A stretch of DNA of 64,000 nucleotides from a virus (IMGVR_UViG_3300000304_000005:1-64000); one strand, 5' to 3'; positions 1 through 10,250 are shown, counted from the first letter of the stretch. Notes: a model not told the origin generated them from the letters alone. Program-made: numbers and translations.

Positions 1-13
1 GGGGGGGGGTACT

Positions 14-229
14 ATGCGCGTTATTACTTGTGATAGATGCAAGAAGCAGTTATTTAAAGAGAAAAAGTTCGGGCGTTTGTCTGGGGAGTATTATGCTCCA
101 CGCGGTTTCCATGGTAATATGTGGTTTAATGGATTGTTTAACCACAGAAACATTGACGTAGACTTTGACCTTTGTGAGGATTGTGCAAAGGAACTTGCGA
201 CATGGCTTCATATCGATGATAATAAATAA
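14..229 (+). CDS. small Zn-ribbon protein (CxxC...CxxC); paralog of 1520..1732
   Basis: ORF with CDRC...CEDCA cysteine pairs. Same architecture and motifs as ORF 1520..1732. Confidence 0.4.
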   Translation: MRVITCDRCKKQLFKEKKFGRLSGEYYAPRGFHGNMWFNGLFNHRNIDVDFDLCEDCAKELATWLHIDDNK

Positions 230-239
230 TAAGAACTAT

Positions 240-276
240 GGAGGCGCAACGGTGCCTCCTTTTGCATTGATTTTTA
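240..276 (+). terminator. rho-independent terminator
   Basis: GGAGGCGCAACGGTGCCTCC hairpin followed by a T-rich run, immediately after stop at 229. Confidence 0.5.
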
Positions 277-297
277 GACGGAAAATTAGGAGGGGTA

Positions 298-1026
298 ATG
301 GCAACGCCGCAGGAGATTATCGACAAGGTTGTATTCGGTGGATTATATAAAGTAAAGTCTGGAACATGGAAGGGTGGATGTTTAAACGACCAATGCTATT
401 GCCTTGCTGTTCCGGTTATGGATTCAGACGGAAGTCTATGGATGCAAGACACATATCAACTTGATAGGCCGTTTAAAGATTGTGGAGAAAATATATCTGA
501 CGTTGCTATTCGAAAAATTTGTGGATTTGGCAAAGGGTACAATGGATATTGTTTAAAACGGGCTAGAGATTATTATTATAAGAACCAACGGAAAATTATC
601 ACGGAAAATGATTTGGATGGATTCGATTTAATTTGCGACCTACATGATTATCGTGCGCTTGAACCGTGGGAAGATTATCGTGAGTATAAAAGCAAAGACA
701 TTGTGCATCGCGCTATTTTATTTAATGAACATGGTTTCAACTGGGATTATGGAACGATGGGCGCTACATTGGTACGAAAAAATGCCGATAAAGATTCTGT
801 CTGCATGTTAAATAAAGCGATTCAAGATGCTTATTCTAATTTCAAATGGCCTGATGGATGGTATAATATTAAAGAAGTTGATAATGCCGTTAAACATTGT
901 GCAGAAGAAGGAGTATTAACAGATGAACTTAGCGTGAAAGCTTCTGCCGTTAAGATGCTAGACGGAAAATTAAAGGAGATGCGAGTAGAATTTGAAAGTT
1001 TTTATAAACTAATTAATGAATCATAA
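298..1026 (+). CDS. hypothetical protein
   Basis: 242-aa ORF preceded by GGAGG RBS. No recognisable motif. Confidence 0.4.
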   Translation: MATPQEIIDKVVFGGLYKVKSGTWKGGCLNDQCYCLAVPVMDSDGSLWMQDTYQLDRPFKDCGENISDVAIRKICGFGKGYNGYCLKRARDYYYKNQRKIITENDLDGFDLICDLHDYRALEPWEDYREYKSKDIVHRAILFNEHGFNWDYGTMGATLVRKNADKDSVCMLNKAIQDAYSNFKWPDGWYNIKEVDNAVKHCAEEGVLTDELSVKASAVKMLDGKLKEMRVEFESFYKLINES

Positions 1027-1273
1027 TATGTAGATTTCATGTGGAAAATTATATCATAATAATTTCTAAGTCAATGGGTATATAATTAATGCTCGTATAT
1101 ATGAGCACTATATAACTATTTGAAAGGATTTATTATGGTACACGAAATCAACGAAGACCAAGTAGCAGAATATATCACATATAATATTCAGCAGACAATG
1201 GAGCAATGTAATATTTCTATCGAAGAAGCTGCTGAAAGTGTAAGATATTATTTCGATATATTGTTTAATCAGG

Positions 1274-1513
1274 TTGTTTCGCAGATGGAAAATTAATTAT
1301 GAAAGGGAAAACATGAGAACTCATATTCTTACATATCGAAGTTCAAATTATAAAATTCTTGGTGAACGCATTCTATACGATATGACAAATGAACAAGCAC
1401 AAGAATTTGCTCGCAATATTAAGTCGTGGGCGCATGTAATGTTTCCCGATTGTGCTATTATCAAATTGGAAAATTTGCAGGGCGGAGATGTTATCGGTAC
1501 CTATAGTGTTTAG
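1274..1513 (+). CDS. hypothetical protein
   Basis: 79-aa ORF in a co-oriented gene string. Confidence 0.3.
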   Translation: MFRRWKINYERENMRTHILTYRSSNYKILGERILYDMTNEQAQEFARNIKSWAHVMFPDCAIIKLENLQGGDVIGTYSV

Positions 1514-1519
1514 AGATGG

Positions 1520-1732
1520 ATGGTTATGGTTACATATACCTGTGATAGATGTGGTGCAAAAATATATAGAGAAAATCCAAACTCACTAAAACGTGTAACT
1601 TATTTCCGTCCTATTGGAGCAAATGGAATATTTAAACGTGTTAGAACATTGCTTGGCGATACTCATGATGAAGAATTTTATTCAGAATTTATGCTGTGCG
1701 ATGATTGCGCGGAAAATTTGCTCAATGGATAG
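1520..1732 (+). CDS. small Zn-ribbon protein, paralog of 14..229
   Basis: CDRC...CDDCAENL motif pattern shared with ORF 14..229. Confidence 0.4.
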   Translation: MVMVTYTCDRCGAKIYRENPNSLKRVTYFRPIGANGIFKRVRTLLGDTHDEEFYSEFMLCDDCAENLLNG

Positions 1733-1750
1733 GAATCAAAGGAGAATCAA

Positions 1751-1990
1751 ATGTTTAAATGTATCCATAGTGATGTTTGCAATGAATATAATCGTAGGTA
1801 TCATAAGAAGCTAAATGGAAAATGCTCGCGTAAATGCAAGTTTTATATGAACGATAGCACGGCACAGCAATATCGAGACTCAAAAGATACCGTTCTTATC
1901 ACGGCAAAGCAAGTCGGAGATATTGTTTCCGATGCTATCATGGATGCTTTGAATGCAAGACGCACTGTTCATGAGGAGATGGAATATTGA
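1751..1990 (+). CDS. hypothetical protein
   Basis: 79-aa ORF. Stop overlaps the next start. Confidence 0.3.
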   Translation: MFKCIHSDVCNEYNRRYHKKLNGKCSRKCKFYMNDSTAQQYRDSKDTVLITAKQVGDIVSDAIMDALNARRTVHEEMEY

Positions 1991-2241
1991 TGAGTGATTT
2001 CAACTTGCCAGATGGATGCACAGTGAAACAGATTGATAGGGTTATGTTCGTTGATGATAGAGATTGTTTCGATTGCCTGTTCTGGAATCCTATCGAATAT
2101 ACAAATGGTAAAGTAGGAATCTGCGAGATGCTGTTCGATAGAATGGACATGGAAGATTTTGATATCGTTGAACATATAGCCAATTATGCTATTACAACGC
2201 ACAATGATTATTGTGGTTTATGGAAATATTTTGAAAATTAA
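1987..2241 (+). CDS. hypothetical protein
   Basis: 84-aa ORF. ATGA overlap with the upstream gene. Confidence 0.3.
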   Translation: MMSDFNLPDGCTVKQIDRVMFVDDRDCFDCLFWNPIEYTNGKVGICEMLFDRMDMEDFDIVEHIANYAITTHNDYCGLWKYFEN

Positions 2242-2253
2242 TAGGAGGTATAT

Positions 2254-3420
2254 ATGCCAAATGTTGAAGACGCTGTAAAATGGGCAGAAAATATTGCAAG
2301 AGATAATTCGCATGGGTATTCTCAAGGTGGCAGGGAGGGGAAGGATTTCGATTGTTCTTCTCTTGTTTGTCGTTCACTAAGAGCTGCTGGATTTAATGCG
2401 CCATATCCGTCTTTTTCTACACGTTCTATGGGTTCTTGGCTAGAATCTAACAATTGGGAATGGCATAATGGTACATCAGGTGTAAGACGTGGTGATATCA
2501 TGTGGAAAACCGGACATACTGCATGGGCTAGTTCCAGTACCACAATTACAGAAGCTTGTATCGATGAGAATGGTAACATTACCGGTGGTCAGGTTGGTGA
2601 CCAGACGGGGAATGAGATTCGCATTACTAGTATGAACCGATATAACTGGAAGGGATATTGGCGTTACAAGGGTGAGAAGCCTAAGAAGAACATGAACGAT
2701 GCCAAGATTGCGGATATTCCCAATCAGGTTTATACTGGCAAGGAAGTCAAGCCTGCTATCACAAGTAACGCAGGTGCTACTTTCGATGTGTCATATAAGG
2801 ATAATGTCAAAGTAGGATATGGCACTGTAACTGCAACTGGCAAGGGAGACTGGACTGGTTCTGTGTCTAAGACATTCAAGATTCTGCCTGAACAGCTTGT
2901 TAAGTTTACCGATGTTGACCCTACACAATGGTATGTAGATACTCTTGCAAAGGCTGTCGAGCTTGGTTATATCAACGGTTATTCCGGTACATCTCTTATC
3001 GACCCATATGGTAGTCTCACACGCGGTCAAGCTTGCTGCATGATTGCGAATGCTGAGGGAGCTAAACTTGAAAGTGCATTTTCTGATGTTGTAGCATCTC
3101 CATATTATTATGAAGCTGTAAATTGGGCTGAGGAAAATGAAATCGTAAATGGTGATGGAGGCGCATTTAGACCAGATGACCCCTGTACAAGGCAAGAATT
3201 CTGTTGTATGCTATATAATCTTGCTGGTAATCCTGACACTGCTGGCGAGCCAACTAGGTACAGTGATTGGAATAGCGTTGCAGACTGGGCTAGAAATGCT
3301 ATCGCATGGTGTATTGAAGTAGGTGTTCTATCTGGTAACTCCGGCATGATTCGTCCTAATGATAATTGCCAGCGTTGCGAAGCTGCCGCACTGCTGGTTA
3401 ATTATAAAAACCTAACCTAG
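2254..3420 (+). CDS. cell-wall hydrolase / endolysin: N-terminal Cys-peptidase (CHAP/NlpC-P60-like) plus three C-terminal SLH repeats
   Basis: N-terminal DFDCSSLVCR with a candidate catalytic Cys. Three C-terminal ~55-aa repeats (FTDVDPTQWYVDTLAKAVELGYINGY..., FSDVVASPYYYEAVNWAEENEIVNGD..., YSDWNSVADWARNAIAWCIEVGVLSGN...) match the S-layer-homology domain consensus. RBS AGGAGG upstream. Confidence 0.6.
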   Translation: MPNVEDAVKWAENIARDNSHGYSQGGREGKDFDCSSLVCRSLRAAGFNAPYPSFSTRSMGSWLESNNWEWHNGTSGVRRGDIMWKTGHTAWASSSTTITEACIDENGNITGGQVGDQTGNEIRITSMNRYNWKGYWRYKGEKPKKNMNDAKIADIPNQVYTGKEVKPAITSNAGATFDVSYKDNVKVGYGTVTATGKGDWTGSVSKTFKILPEQLVKFTDVDPTQWYVDTLAKAVELGYINGYSGTSLIDPYGSLTRGQACCMIANAEGAKLESAFSDVVASPYYYEAVNWAEENEIVNGDGGAFRPDDPCTRQEFCCMLYNLAGNPDTAGEPTRYSDWNSVADWARNAIAWCIEVGVLSGNSGMIRPNDNCQRCEAAALLVNYKNLT

Positions 3421-3446
3421 TCTTTTCATAATTTCCTTTCTGTTTT

Positions 3447-3480
3447 GGAGCGCTCTACCAAAAGGGTGCTCCTTTTTTTA
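3447..3480 (+). terminator. rho-independent terminator
   Basis: GGAGCGCTC...GGGTGCTCC hairpin followed by TTTTTTTATT after stop at 3420. Confidence 0.55.
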
Positions 3481-3578
3481 TTGTGAAGAAATTGTGAATA
3501 ACATTATGCCGAAATTGCGATTGGCTGAATTGATGTATACTACTTATCAATATAAAACCTAAAAAAAGAAAGGGTATT

Positions 3579-3935
3579 ATGAACGGCAAGCAATTGGCAA
3601 GGTGGTATATAGGCTTGGTAGTCTTATGGATTATCATTATCGCTACGTTGTTTGGAATGTCTGCTTTAATTCAGTACAGATTGGAAACTTCAAATACCAC
3701 GCAGACTGAAGCGCCAACAGAGATAAAACCAGATGAAACATATGATGTATATAACACTGGTATTCTTGAAGAGAAGAACATGTTCTGTCCGTATTGTGGT
3801 GTTGCTGTTATCGCTGTTAATGAGGAGGTTGTTTGCAGGAACGAGATGTGTGAGGTATATGGACTGCCTGTTCGTGTGATTAAATATGGTGGTTATATGA
3901 ATATAGATGCTGACAATAGTTCAAATGAGCAGTAA
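3579..3935 (+). CDS. membrane-anchored Zn-ribbon protein
   Basis: N-terminal hydrophobic helix and CPYCG...C..C..C pattern. Confidence 0.35.
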   Translation: MNGKQLARWYIGLVVLWIIIIATLFGMSALIQYRLETSNTTQTEAPTEIKPDETYDVYNTGILEEKNMFCPYCGVAVIAVNEEVVCRNEMCEVYGLPVRVIKYGGYMNIDADNSSNEQ

Positions 3936-3969
3936 TAGTATATTTATATCATCGTAGAAAGGAGAAGAT

Positions 3970-4446
3970 ATGAACACGGAAAATGACCATAAGTTATGTA
4001 ACGATATTTTATATGGGCATCTTAAAGCGATTGCGAAACGTTGTGATATCAATCCAGATGAATATATGGATACTGCAAGTTTAACATTTGATATTGTAGA
4101 AGTGTTGGATAAGTATTTGCCAATGGCAGGTATGCTGAGAGATAAAATGGAAACGTGGCAACACGACAAAGGACTTCAAGAATCTGCCGCAAATGATATC
4201 GCCGAATCAGTAAAGAAGATGCGAGAAGATATTGAAGCTGCCCAATGGGTACGAGAGCATGGCGGATTGGCAAATATTAAGTACAATGTAGATTCATTCA
4301 ATCTTCTAGATAGATATCAAATCGATGTGGCGCATGAACTTGGAATGAATGATATCGAAGGATATGACTTTGAAGATTTACAAGCGATGATATTAGGAGA
4401 GATTGAATATTTAAAGCAGAAGAATAAATATGGTATTAAATATTAA
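3970..4446 (+). CDS. hypothetical protein
   Basis: 158-aa ORF with RBS GGAGAAG. Confidence 0.35.
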   Translation: MNTENDHKLCNDILYGHLKAIAKRCDINPDEYMDTASLTFDIVEVLDKYLPMAGMLRDKMETWQHDKGLQESAANDIAESVKKMREDIEAAQWVREHGGLANIKYNVDSFNLLDRYQIDVAHELGMNDIEGYDFEDLQAMILGEIEYLKQKNKYGIKY

Positions 4447-4464
4447 CAGGAGTAAGGAGTAAGA

Positions 4465-5424
4465 ATGCTAGTATCTGTTATCGGTTGCGTCGCGGTTGTT
4501 GCCGGTCTTGGTGTTATGGGTTGGATGCACGATACAAACAAGAATATTGAGAAGCATAATGATAAGCATCATGATAATATGCGTAAACTTCCTGTTCTAT
4601 CCGGTCTTATTAGTGTTGCACTAGGAGCTGTGCTTATCGGTTCTCAGTGCGTGTATACTCAGGATGCAGGAGATGTGAAGGTTCTCATTGATTTCGGTGG
4701 TAACATTGCAGGCTCATCATCTGAAACCGGTTTCCATGTAAAGGCACCGTGGCAAAGTATCGTGACGTATGATATCCGCAATAATGTTATCTCTTTTGTA
4801 GCAGATGGCGCAGAGGATTATACTGGTGGCTCTGCCAATGGCCCACAGGTTACCGTCAATGATTCGTCTGGTACCAAGGCAAACATTGATATTCAAGTTA
4901 ACTATTCTCTTGACCCGTCAAAGGCTATCGAGCTTTATGAGAACTATGGTACGCAGGAGAATTTCGTTCGTGCTATCGCAGCAGTAGATGCGCGTTCTAT
5001 TCCTCGTGAAGTTTCAGGGCAGTTTGATACCATTACAATGCTAACTAATCGTGGAGAATTTACCAATGCTGTTGAGGAAGCACTAAAGGAGAAGTGGGAA
5101 CCTCTAGGTCTAAGTATTGAGCAGATTTCTGTTCAGGAAATCAGGTACGCTGACACCATTACAGATGCATATGCAAATGCGCAGCAGGCAGAAGTAGAAA
5201 AGCAAAAGGCTGAAAATGAAAAAGAAGTTGCCAAGGTAGAAGCGGAGAAAAAGGTAATTGAAAGTCAAGGAGAAGCGGATGCAAACCGCATTCTCAATGA
5301 GTCTCTTACCGATAATGTTATTGCAGAACACTATGTTGAGGCTCTAAAGCAGATTGGCAAAGATGGCAATCTCGTTGTAGTGCCTGAAGGTTCGCAGCCG
5401 ATTGTCAATAGCAATCAGAAATAA
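4465..5424 (+). CDS. SPFH/band-7 (HflC/prohibitin-like) membrane protein
   Basis: N-terminal TM helix. SPFH-like core (DVKVLIDFGGNIAG...FHVKAPWQSIVTYDIRNNVISF). Long Ala/Glu/Lys coiled-coil (AQQAEVEKQKAENEKEVAKVEAEKKVIE) typical of HflK/C. Confidence 0.55.
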   Translation: MLVSVIGCVAVVAGLGVMGWMHDTNKNIEKHNDKHHDNMRKLPVLSGLISVALGAVLIGSQCVYTQDAGDVKVLIDFGGNIAGSSSETGFHVKAPWQSIVTYDIRNNVISFVADGAEDYTGGSANGPQVTVNDSSGTKANIDIQVNYSLDPSKAIELYENYGTQENFVRAIAAVDARSIPREVSGQFDTITMLTNRGEFTNAVEEALKEKWEPLGLSIEQISVQEIRYADTITDAYANAQQAEVEKQKAENEKEVAKVEAEKKVIESQGEADANRILNESLTDNVIAEHYVEALKQIGKDGNLVVVPEGSQPIVNSNQK

Positions 5425-5433
5425 GGAATACAT

Positions 5434-5781
5434 ATGAACACAGTGGCAGTTAAAAGCCGTAATGGTACATATACCCTTTATGACAATGAAGGGGATATTG
5501 TCGGTCGTATTTGTGCTGATACAGGACGGGCAATGATTGGTAATGCATTTTATGAAAAGGTAGAAACTTGCCATGATATTTCTGAACAGTATGATTATGA
5601 CGGAATTGTTTTCCATTGTTCAGAATGCGGTTGTGAACTTTTTGTAGATACATATGTTCATCACGATAATGACATTGAATATATGTATGATAGTTATGAG
5701 CCTAACATGTGGGTAGATGGCAGAGCTGAATATCCTAAGTTCTGTCCCAATTGTGGTCGAGTTATCGTTGGCAAGGAGTAG
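5434..5781 (+). CDS. Zn-ribbon protein
   Basis: CSECGC...CPNCG motifs. Confidence 0.35.
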   Translation: MNTVAVKSRNGTYTLYDNEGDIVGRICADTGRAMIGNAFYEKVETCHDISEQYDYDGIVFHCSECGCELFVDTYVHHDNDIEYMYDSYEPNMWVDGRAEYPKFCPNCGRVIVGKE

Positions 5782-5969
5782 TTATGGAATATGTATATGA
5801 ACTAATTGATGATAACGAAGGAATCATTGGCATCTTTACCAGTGAGCAAAAAGCAATTGAAGCGGCAATTGATGATGGGTGGGTAGAGTCAGAATCAGAT
5901 TTTTATGAAGACTTGCATAATTCTCACATGTATATCGAGATAGTTCCTCTCAATGAGATTTGGTATTAA
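5751..5969 (+). CDS. hypothetical protein
   Basis: 72-aa acidic ORF overlapping the upstream stop. Confidence 0.3.
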   Translation: MWSSYRWQGVVMEYVYELIDDNEGIIGIFTSEQKAIEAAIDDGWVESESDFYEDLHNSHMYIEIVPLNEIWY

Positions 5970-5976
5970 GGTGTGA

Positions 5977-6168
5977 TTGTGCATGTCGAATGTAACAGAC
6001 GCAGAGCGTCGTAAGATTGCAAACTTTTGTCGAACACTTGGGAACAAAGAATTTAGTTTTTCATATGGTAATATTGCCAGCGCAATCAATGCGGATATTA
6101 ATCAAGATGATAAATGCTGGTTTAGGCTTGCTGATTTGATTGAGCCTTATGATGACAGATATCTATAA
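5977..6168 (+). CDS. hypothetical protein
   Basis: 63-aa ORF. Confidence 0.25.
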   Translation: MCMSNVTDAERRKIANFCRTLGNKEFSFSYGNIASAINADINQDDKCWFRLADLIEPYDDRYL

Positions 6169-6279
6169 ACTGGTTCATGATTATATCAAAGACGCAGATG
6201 AATCAAAGCGTTATGTATATGTCGATATCTGTAATCTTATCAATGCATATTTCGATGGATATCTTGAAAAGGAGCAATA

Positions 6280-6906
6280 ATGGGTATTTATATGGATGCG
6301 CTGCCCGGTAGCAGTTCATGCACAATGAATATTATCGACAATGATAAGAATATGTATAAGCTTATGACGGCAGTGGCCGGGGGTTTTGTAAAAGAAAATA
6401 ATAGTAAGATTTGGCTTAATCTCACCAACGGACTTGAACTTGCACCGCATCTTATTGCTAATGATATTCCATTTGATGTATGTCGTTTCCGTTCTTGTTC
6501 TTTCGAGCGTGCTGATTGGGGCGCGGCTATTGATTCTATGCCCGATGATATGTTGATGCGTCTTGCACAGGGTCAAAGGCAGATAATTATTGATTTCGGC
6601 GCAAATCGCCCATGTTCTCGTGCAATGCGTCAGGGTATTCCAATTGCTGTCCGCATGTTGTCTAATGCATGGGGGCTTGATATGGATGAACATATGTGGA
6701 TGTTTGACAGGAGCGGCATGGCTATGCAATGCGATGATGATTTTGCCCGTTGCGCTATGCGTCTCAATAAAAAACAGCGTCGCAGGCTTGAGTATTTCAG
6801 AAAGTATCTGAATACAAATTCTATCAATATCACTTTGCTATGTTCTTCTACGGTTCATGATGGCGATTACAATTATTACGTAGATGTGGCGATGAACAAT
6901 GTCTGA
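6280..6906 (+). CDS. hypothetical protein
   Basis: 208-aa ORF with RBS GGAGCAA. Confidence 0.35.
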   Translation: MGIYMDALPGSSSCTMNIIDNDKNMYKLMTAVAGGFVKENNSKIWLNLTNGLELAPHLIANDIPFDVCRFRSCSFERADWGAAIDSMPDDMLMRLAQGQRQIIIDFGANRPCSRAMRQGIPIAVRMLSNAWGLDMDEHMWMFDRSGMAMQCDDDFARCAMRLNKKQRRRLEYFRKYLNTNSINITLLCSSTVHDGDYNYYVDVAMNNV

Positions 6907-7090
6907 TGAATATAGGATGCTAATAGTCCAATATATATTTATTATGATATTGTGTTTTATGAATAGAATTAATTTTACATCATCATATTTACACAAGATT
7001 CGCAGTAAACAAATGTTGATTATTGTAGGATTGATTCTTATAATTAATGTTATATCGCTAACGTTGATTGCATTATTTTAATTACAAGGA

Positions 7091-7363
7091 TTGATTGAAA
7101 TGGCTACAAGAAAAAGACGAAAGAAAAAGAAAGAGCTTATTAAGGTCGATAAGTCAATCTTGAATACTACAATTCGTACAGATGTTCTTAATGAATTCAA
7201 AATTAAATGTAAAGATATCGGATGCCCTATGAATTTCGTTCTAGAAACATTCATGGAACAATTCGCGAAAGACTATTTTAAATTGCGTATCGGTGTAGGA
7301 CAATTAAAATATATCAATGAAGATATTGCAGATGAAGATAAGCCAAAGCTGGATTTGAAATAA
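7091..7363 (+). CDS. putative ribbon-helix-helix DNA-binding regulator
   Basis: Very basic N-terminus (RKRRKKKKE). Possible beta-strand then two helices. Sits directly upstream of the tyrosine recombinase. Confidence 0.3.
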   Translation: MIEMATRKRRKKKKELIKVDKSILNTTIRTDVLNEFKIKCKDIGCPMNFVLETFMEQFAKDYFKLRIGVGQLKYINEDIADEDKPKLDLK

Positions 7364-7375
7364 TAAAGATACTAT

Positions 7376-7410
7376 AGGAGGAATCTAAACGGTTCCTCCT
7401 ATTTTCTTTT
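7376..7410 (+). terminator. rho-independent terminator
   Basis: AGGAGGAATCTAAACGGTTCCTCCT hairpin followed by ATTTTCTTTT. Confidence 0.55.
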
Positions 7411-7469
7411 TATCTACTTGCCAACAACATGAACTCATGGTAGTATAAAGATGTTCGGAAGACAACTAC

Positions 7470-8270
7470 TTGGAGGGATTTGAAATGAGCAACGTGGCAT
7501 TTGATTATTACAAAAACAATTCTAATAATGCTGTTATTTATGATTTCGTTACACATCAGAAAATTGGTACAGCGACAGATAACAATAATACTTATGATGG
7601 TAATCGCGCAGGTATGAGTTGTGAGGTAGATGCTTTTCGTACAGATGAAGAGATTAAGGCTATGATTGATGTATATGATAAACATATTAATGAAGCATCG
7701 AATAACGAAAAGAAAAAATTAGCATGTCGTAACAAGATGCTGTTCATTATCGGTATCAACATCGGTTTGCGTGCCAGTGATTTGCGTACCCTTACGTGGG
7801 ATTTCTTCTTTGAGGATGTGGGTAACGGAGAACTGAAATTCAGAGATGGATATAATCTTCGTCCTAAGAAAACCCGCAAGACTGGTAAGTATGTGAAGCT
7901 GTATTTCAATGATAGTGTGAAGAAGATTATCAACTGGTATATTTCGATGTACCCGATTAATAACCTTGGCGATTTTATTTTTAAATCTCGCGTTGGTGAT
8001 GATGCGATTACTGTAAACGCTATGTGGCGCGTTATCAAGGATGCTGCGAAGGAAGCGGGTATCAAGCGAAACATTGGCACTCACAGTCTTCGTCGTACAT
8101 TCTGCCGTAGGGCATATGATAATGCCGTAGATAAAAGCAAGGCTCTACTTATCATTCAAAAAATTCTAAACCATTCAAGCCAAGCTGTTACCATGCAGTA
8201 CCTTGGATTGCTGAATGAAGAGATTGAGGATGTGTTCGATAGTATGAACATCGGCTTCGATATGATTTAA
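7470..8270 (+). CDS. int: tyrosine recombinase / integrase
   Basis: C-terminal catalytic signature GTHSLRRTF (HxLR) ... LNHSSQAVTMQY (LGH...Y nucleophile). Arg-containing LRASDLR box upstream. Confidence 0.6.
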   Translation: MEGFEMSNVAFDYYKNNSNNAVIYDFVTHQKIGTATDNNNTYDGNRAGMSCEVDAFRTDEEIKAMIDVYDKHINEASNNEKKKLACRNKMLFIIGINIGLRASDLRTLTWDFFFEDVGNGELKFRDGYNLRPKKTRKTGKYVKLYFNDSVKKIINWYISMYPINNLGDFIFKSRVGDDAITVNAMWRVIKDAAKEAGIKRNIGTHSLRRTFCRRAYDNAVDKSKALLIIQKILNHSSQAVTMQYLGLLNEEIEDVFDSMNIGFDMI

Positions 8271-8451
8271 GTAATATATTATGCTTTGAAATACTACATG
8301 AAGTATCGTATGTTCCTGTGTCAACATCCAACAAAAGAAACAATGTTTGTTTGGTAAAATGTGAAGAAAATATGCAGATGAAATCAAGTGATTATTATTT
8401 ACGAAACAAGGTATAATACGGATACGCAACAATCAGTAGATTGGAGTTCTA

Positions 8452-8868
8452 ATGGGAACCGATATTCATACTAATATCGAAGTCTTTAATAAAAAGACAG
8501 ATAAATGGGAAAGAAAAGCGTTATACTATAAAGATGATGATGGAAATTTCAAAGAAGCATGGACTGTATTAGACGATAGAAACTATGACTTATTCGGTAA
8601 GCTCGCAGGAGTTAGAACTATAGAAGAGCCGTTTGTATGTCCGCGTGGTCTGCCAGATAATTTAAGCAATGAAACGAAAGAGCTTTATGACGATGCTTCT
8701 TGGTGTCATGATGAAACATGGTATGATTACTGTGAATTGCGCTTGTATTCACAAACATGCAATGTTGTTAAGCCGTTTATTGATGCAGTTGATGTAGTTC
8801 TTGAAGCATATAGTATATATTATCCAGACCCCGGAGATGTACGCATCGTTATGTGGTTCGATTCTTAA
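8452..8868 (+). CDS. hypothetical protein
   Basis: 138-aa ORF. Confidence 0.35.
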   Translation: MGTDIHTNIEVFNKKTDKWERKALYYKDDDGNFKEAWTVLDDRNYDLFGKLAGVRTIEEPFVCPRGLPDNLSNETKELYDDASWCHDETWYDYCELRLYSQTCNVVKPFIDAVDVVLEAYSIYYPDPGDVRIVMWFDS

Positions 8869-9034
8869 AATTAGAATTCGATTTTTAAGATGTGTAAGAA
8901 TTGTGATGATAAAATTCTCAGTACAAACAAGGAGGGTTATATGTTATAATCAACTTGTTGATTGATGAAGCAGATTCATCGCATTGTGGCAATAATATAG
9001 GAGTCAAAGCTTAAAGTTTGAAAGGTATAAGAAT

Positions 9035-9685
9035 ATGATTCACGAAAAGATGACCGTACATAGGGCACTTGCAGAACTGAAGATTATCGATGACCGTATC
9101 AACACGGCTATTCACAATAGCATGTTCGTACATTCTTGTAAGAACGGAACCGATAAGGTTAATGGTGTGCCTGTATCTGATTTCAAGAAGGATATTAATT
9201 CAAATTACCAAAAGGTAACTGACCTTATCAATCGGCGTAATGCTATGAAGCGTGCAATCGTTCTATCAAATGCAACAACTAAGGTTACTGTTGGCGATAA
9301 GGAATATACTGTGGCAGAAGCTATCGATATGAAGAATCATGGTATGGATGGCCTTAAAACGCTTCTTTACGATATGACACGTCAGTATAATACTGCTGTT
9401 CGTGAGTTCAATAATAATAGCGGGGACGAACTTGAAGATAAGGCCAATCAGTATGTTATGAATATCCTGAAGTCTCAGGGAGATTCGACTGATAAGGCCG
9501 ATGCCAAGCAGGTTCAGGCACTTCATGATTCATATGTTTCCAATAATGAGTTCATTATGATTGACCCACTCGATATCGCTAAGAAGATTGAAGAGATTGA
9601 TAGTATGATTGACGAATTTAATACAGAAATTGATTCTGCGCTCTCGGTAAGTAATGCTCTTACAGTAATTGAATTCGAGTATTAA
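9035..9685 (+). CDS. hypothetical protein
   Basis: 216-aa ORF. Confidence 0.4.
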   Translation: MIHEKMTVHRALAELKIIDDRINTAIHNSMFVHSCKNGTDKVNGVPVSDFKKDINSNYQKVTDLINRRNAMKRAIVLSNATTKVTVGDKEYTVAEAIDMKNHGMDGLKTLLYDMTRQYNTAVREFNNNSGDELEDKANQYVMNILKSQGDSTDKADAKQVQALHDSYVSNNEFIMIDPLDIAKKIEEIDSMIDEFNTEIDSALSVSNALTVIEFEY

Positions 9686-10039
9686 TGGTTATCTATAGAA
9701 CAACGTTTTGTCGAGAATGCAGATATTCATTATAAGAATATCAATCGTTTATAATAGTTGTATAATTAGTTGGTCTAGCCACGCAGCCACCAATGGCAAA
9801 TAGTCTGGCAGAACAGAAATAAAGCCGTTCATGCAACCACCTCCTTGAACATAGTCAAAAAGGCAGAGGCCAAACTCCATCATGGAGCTAACAAACTATA
9901 AGACCAACACTAACAAGCAACTATTTATATATAACCTGTTGCAAGCCGAAAACCTTAAACGACTGTTCATCTTTCTTTAGCCGTTTAGAACGATGTGAAA
10001 CTGTAAACAAAATGGCTCGATATCTTGATACTTGAAATA

Positions 10040-10250
10040 GCAACGCAAATGATAATGCGTTATATGTTATGATTGAATGGTTGCTGTAAAGTTTAAAGAG
10101 TTAAAGTTCAAGGTTTAGAGTTCATAAGTTCAAAGTTTTATTTGTTATCTATTTATTCGACGTTTGATGATAGAAGTAAAGGATAAATAGATAGCTTTAA
10201 AGTTTAAACAATAAAGATTAAAGGTGTAAAGATTTATAAAATCCTTGGGT
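10040..10250. repeat. cluster of short AT-rich direct repeats (AAAGTT(T/C)AAAG / TAAAGATT variants)
   Basis: At least 6 imperfect copies of TAAAGTTTAAAG-like units in a 600-bp non-coding region between the integrase module and the tRNAs. Confidence 0.4.

Noticed and set aside
1-13. Poly-G run at window start
   Set aside because: Most likely an assembly or contig-end artefact. No supporting structure.
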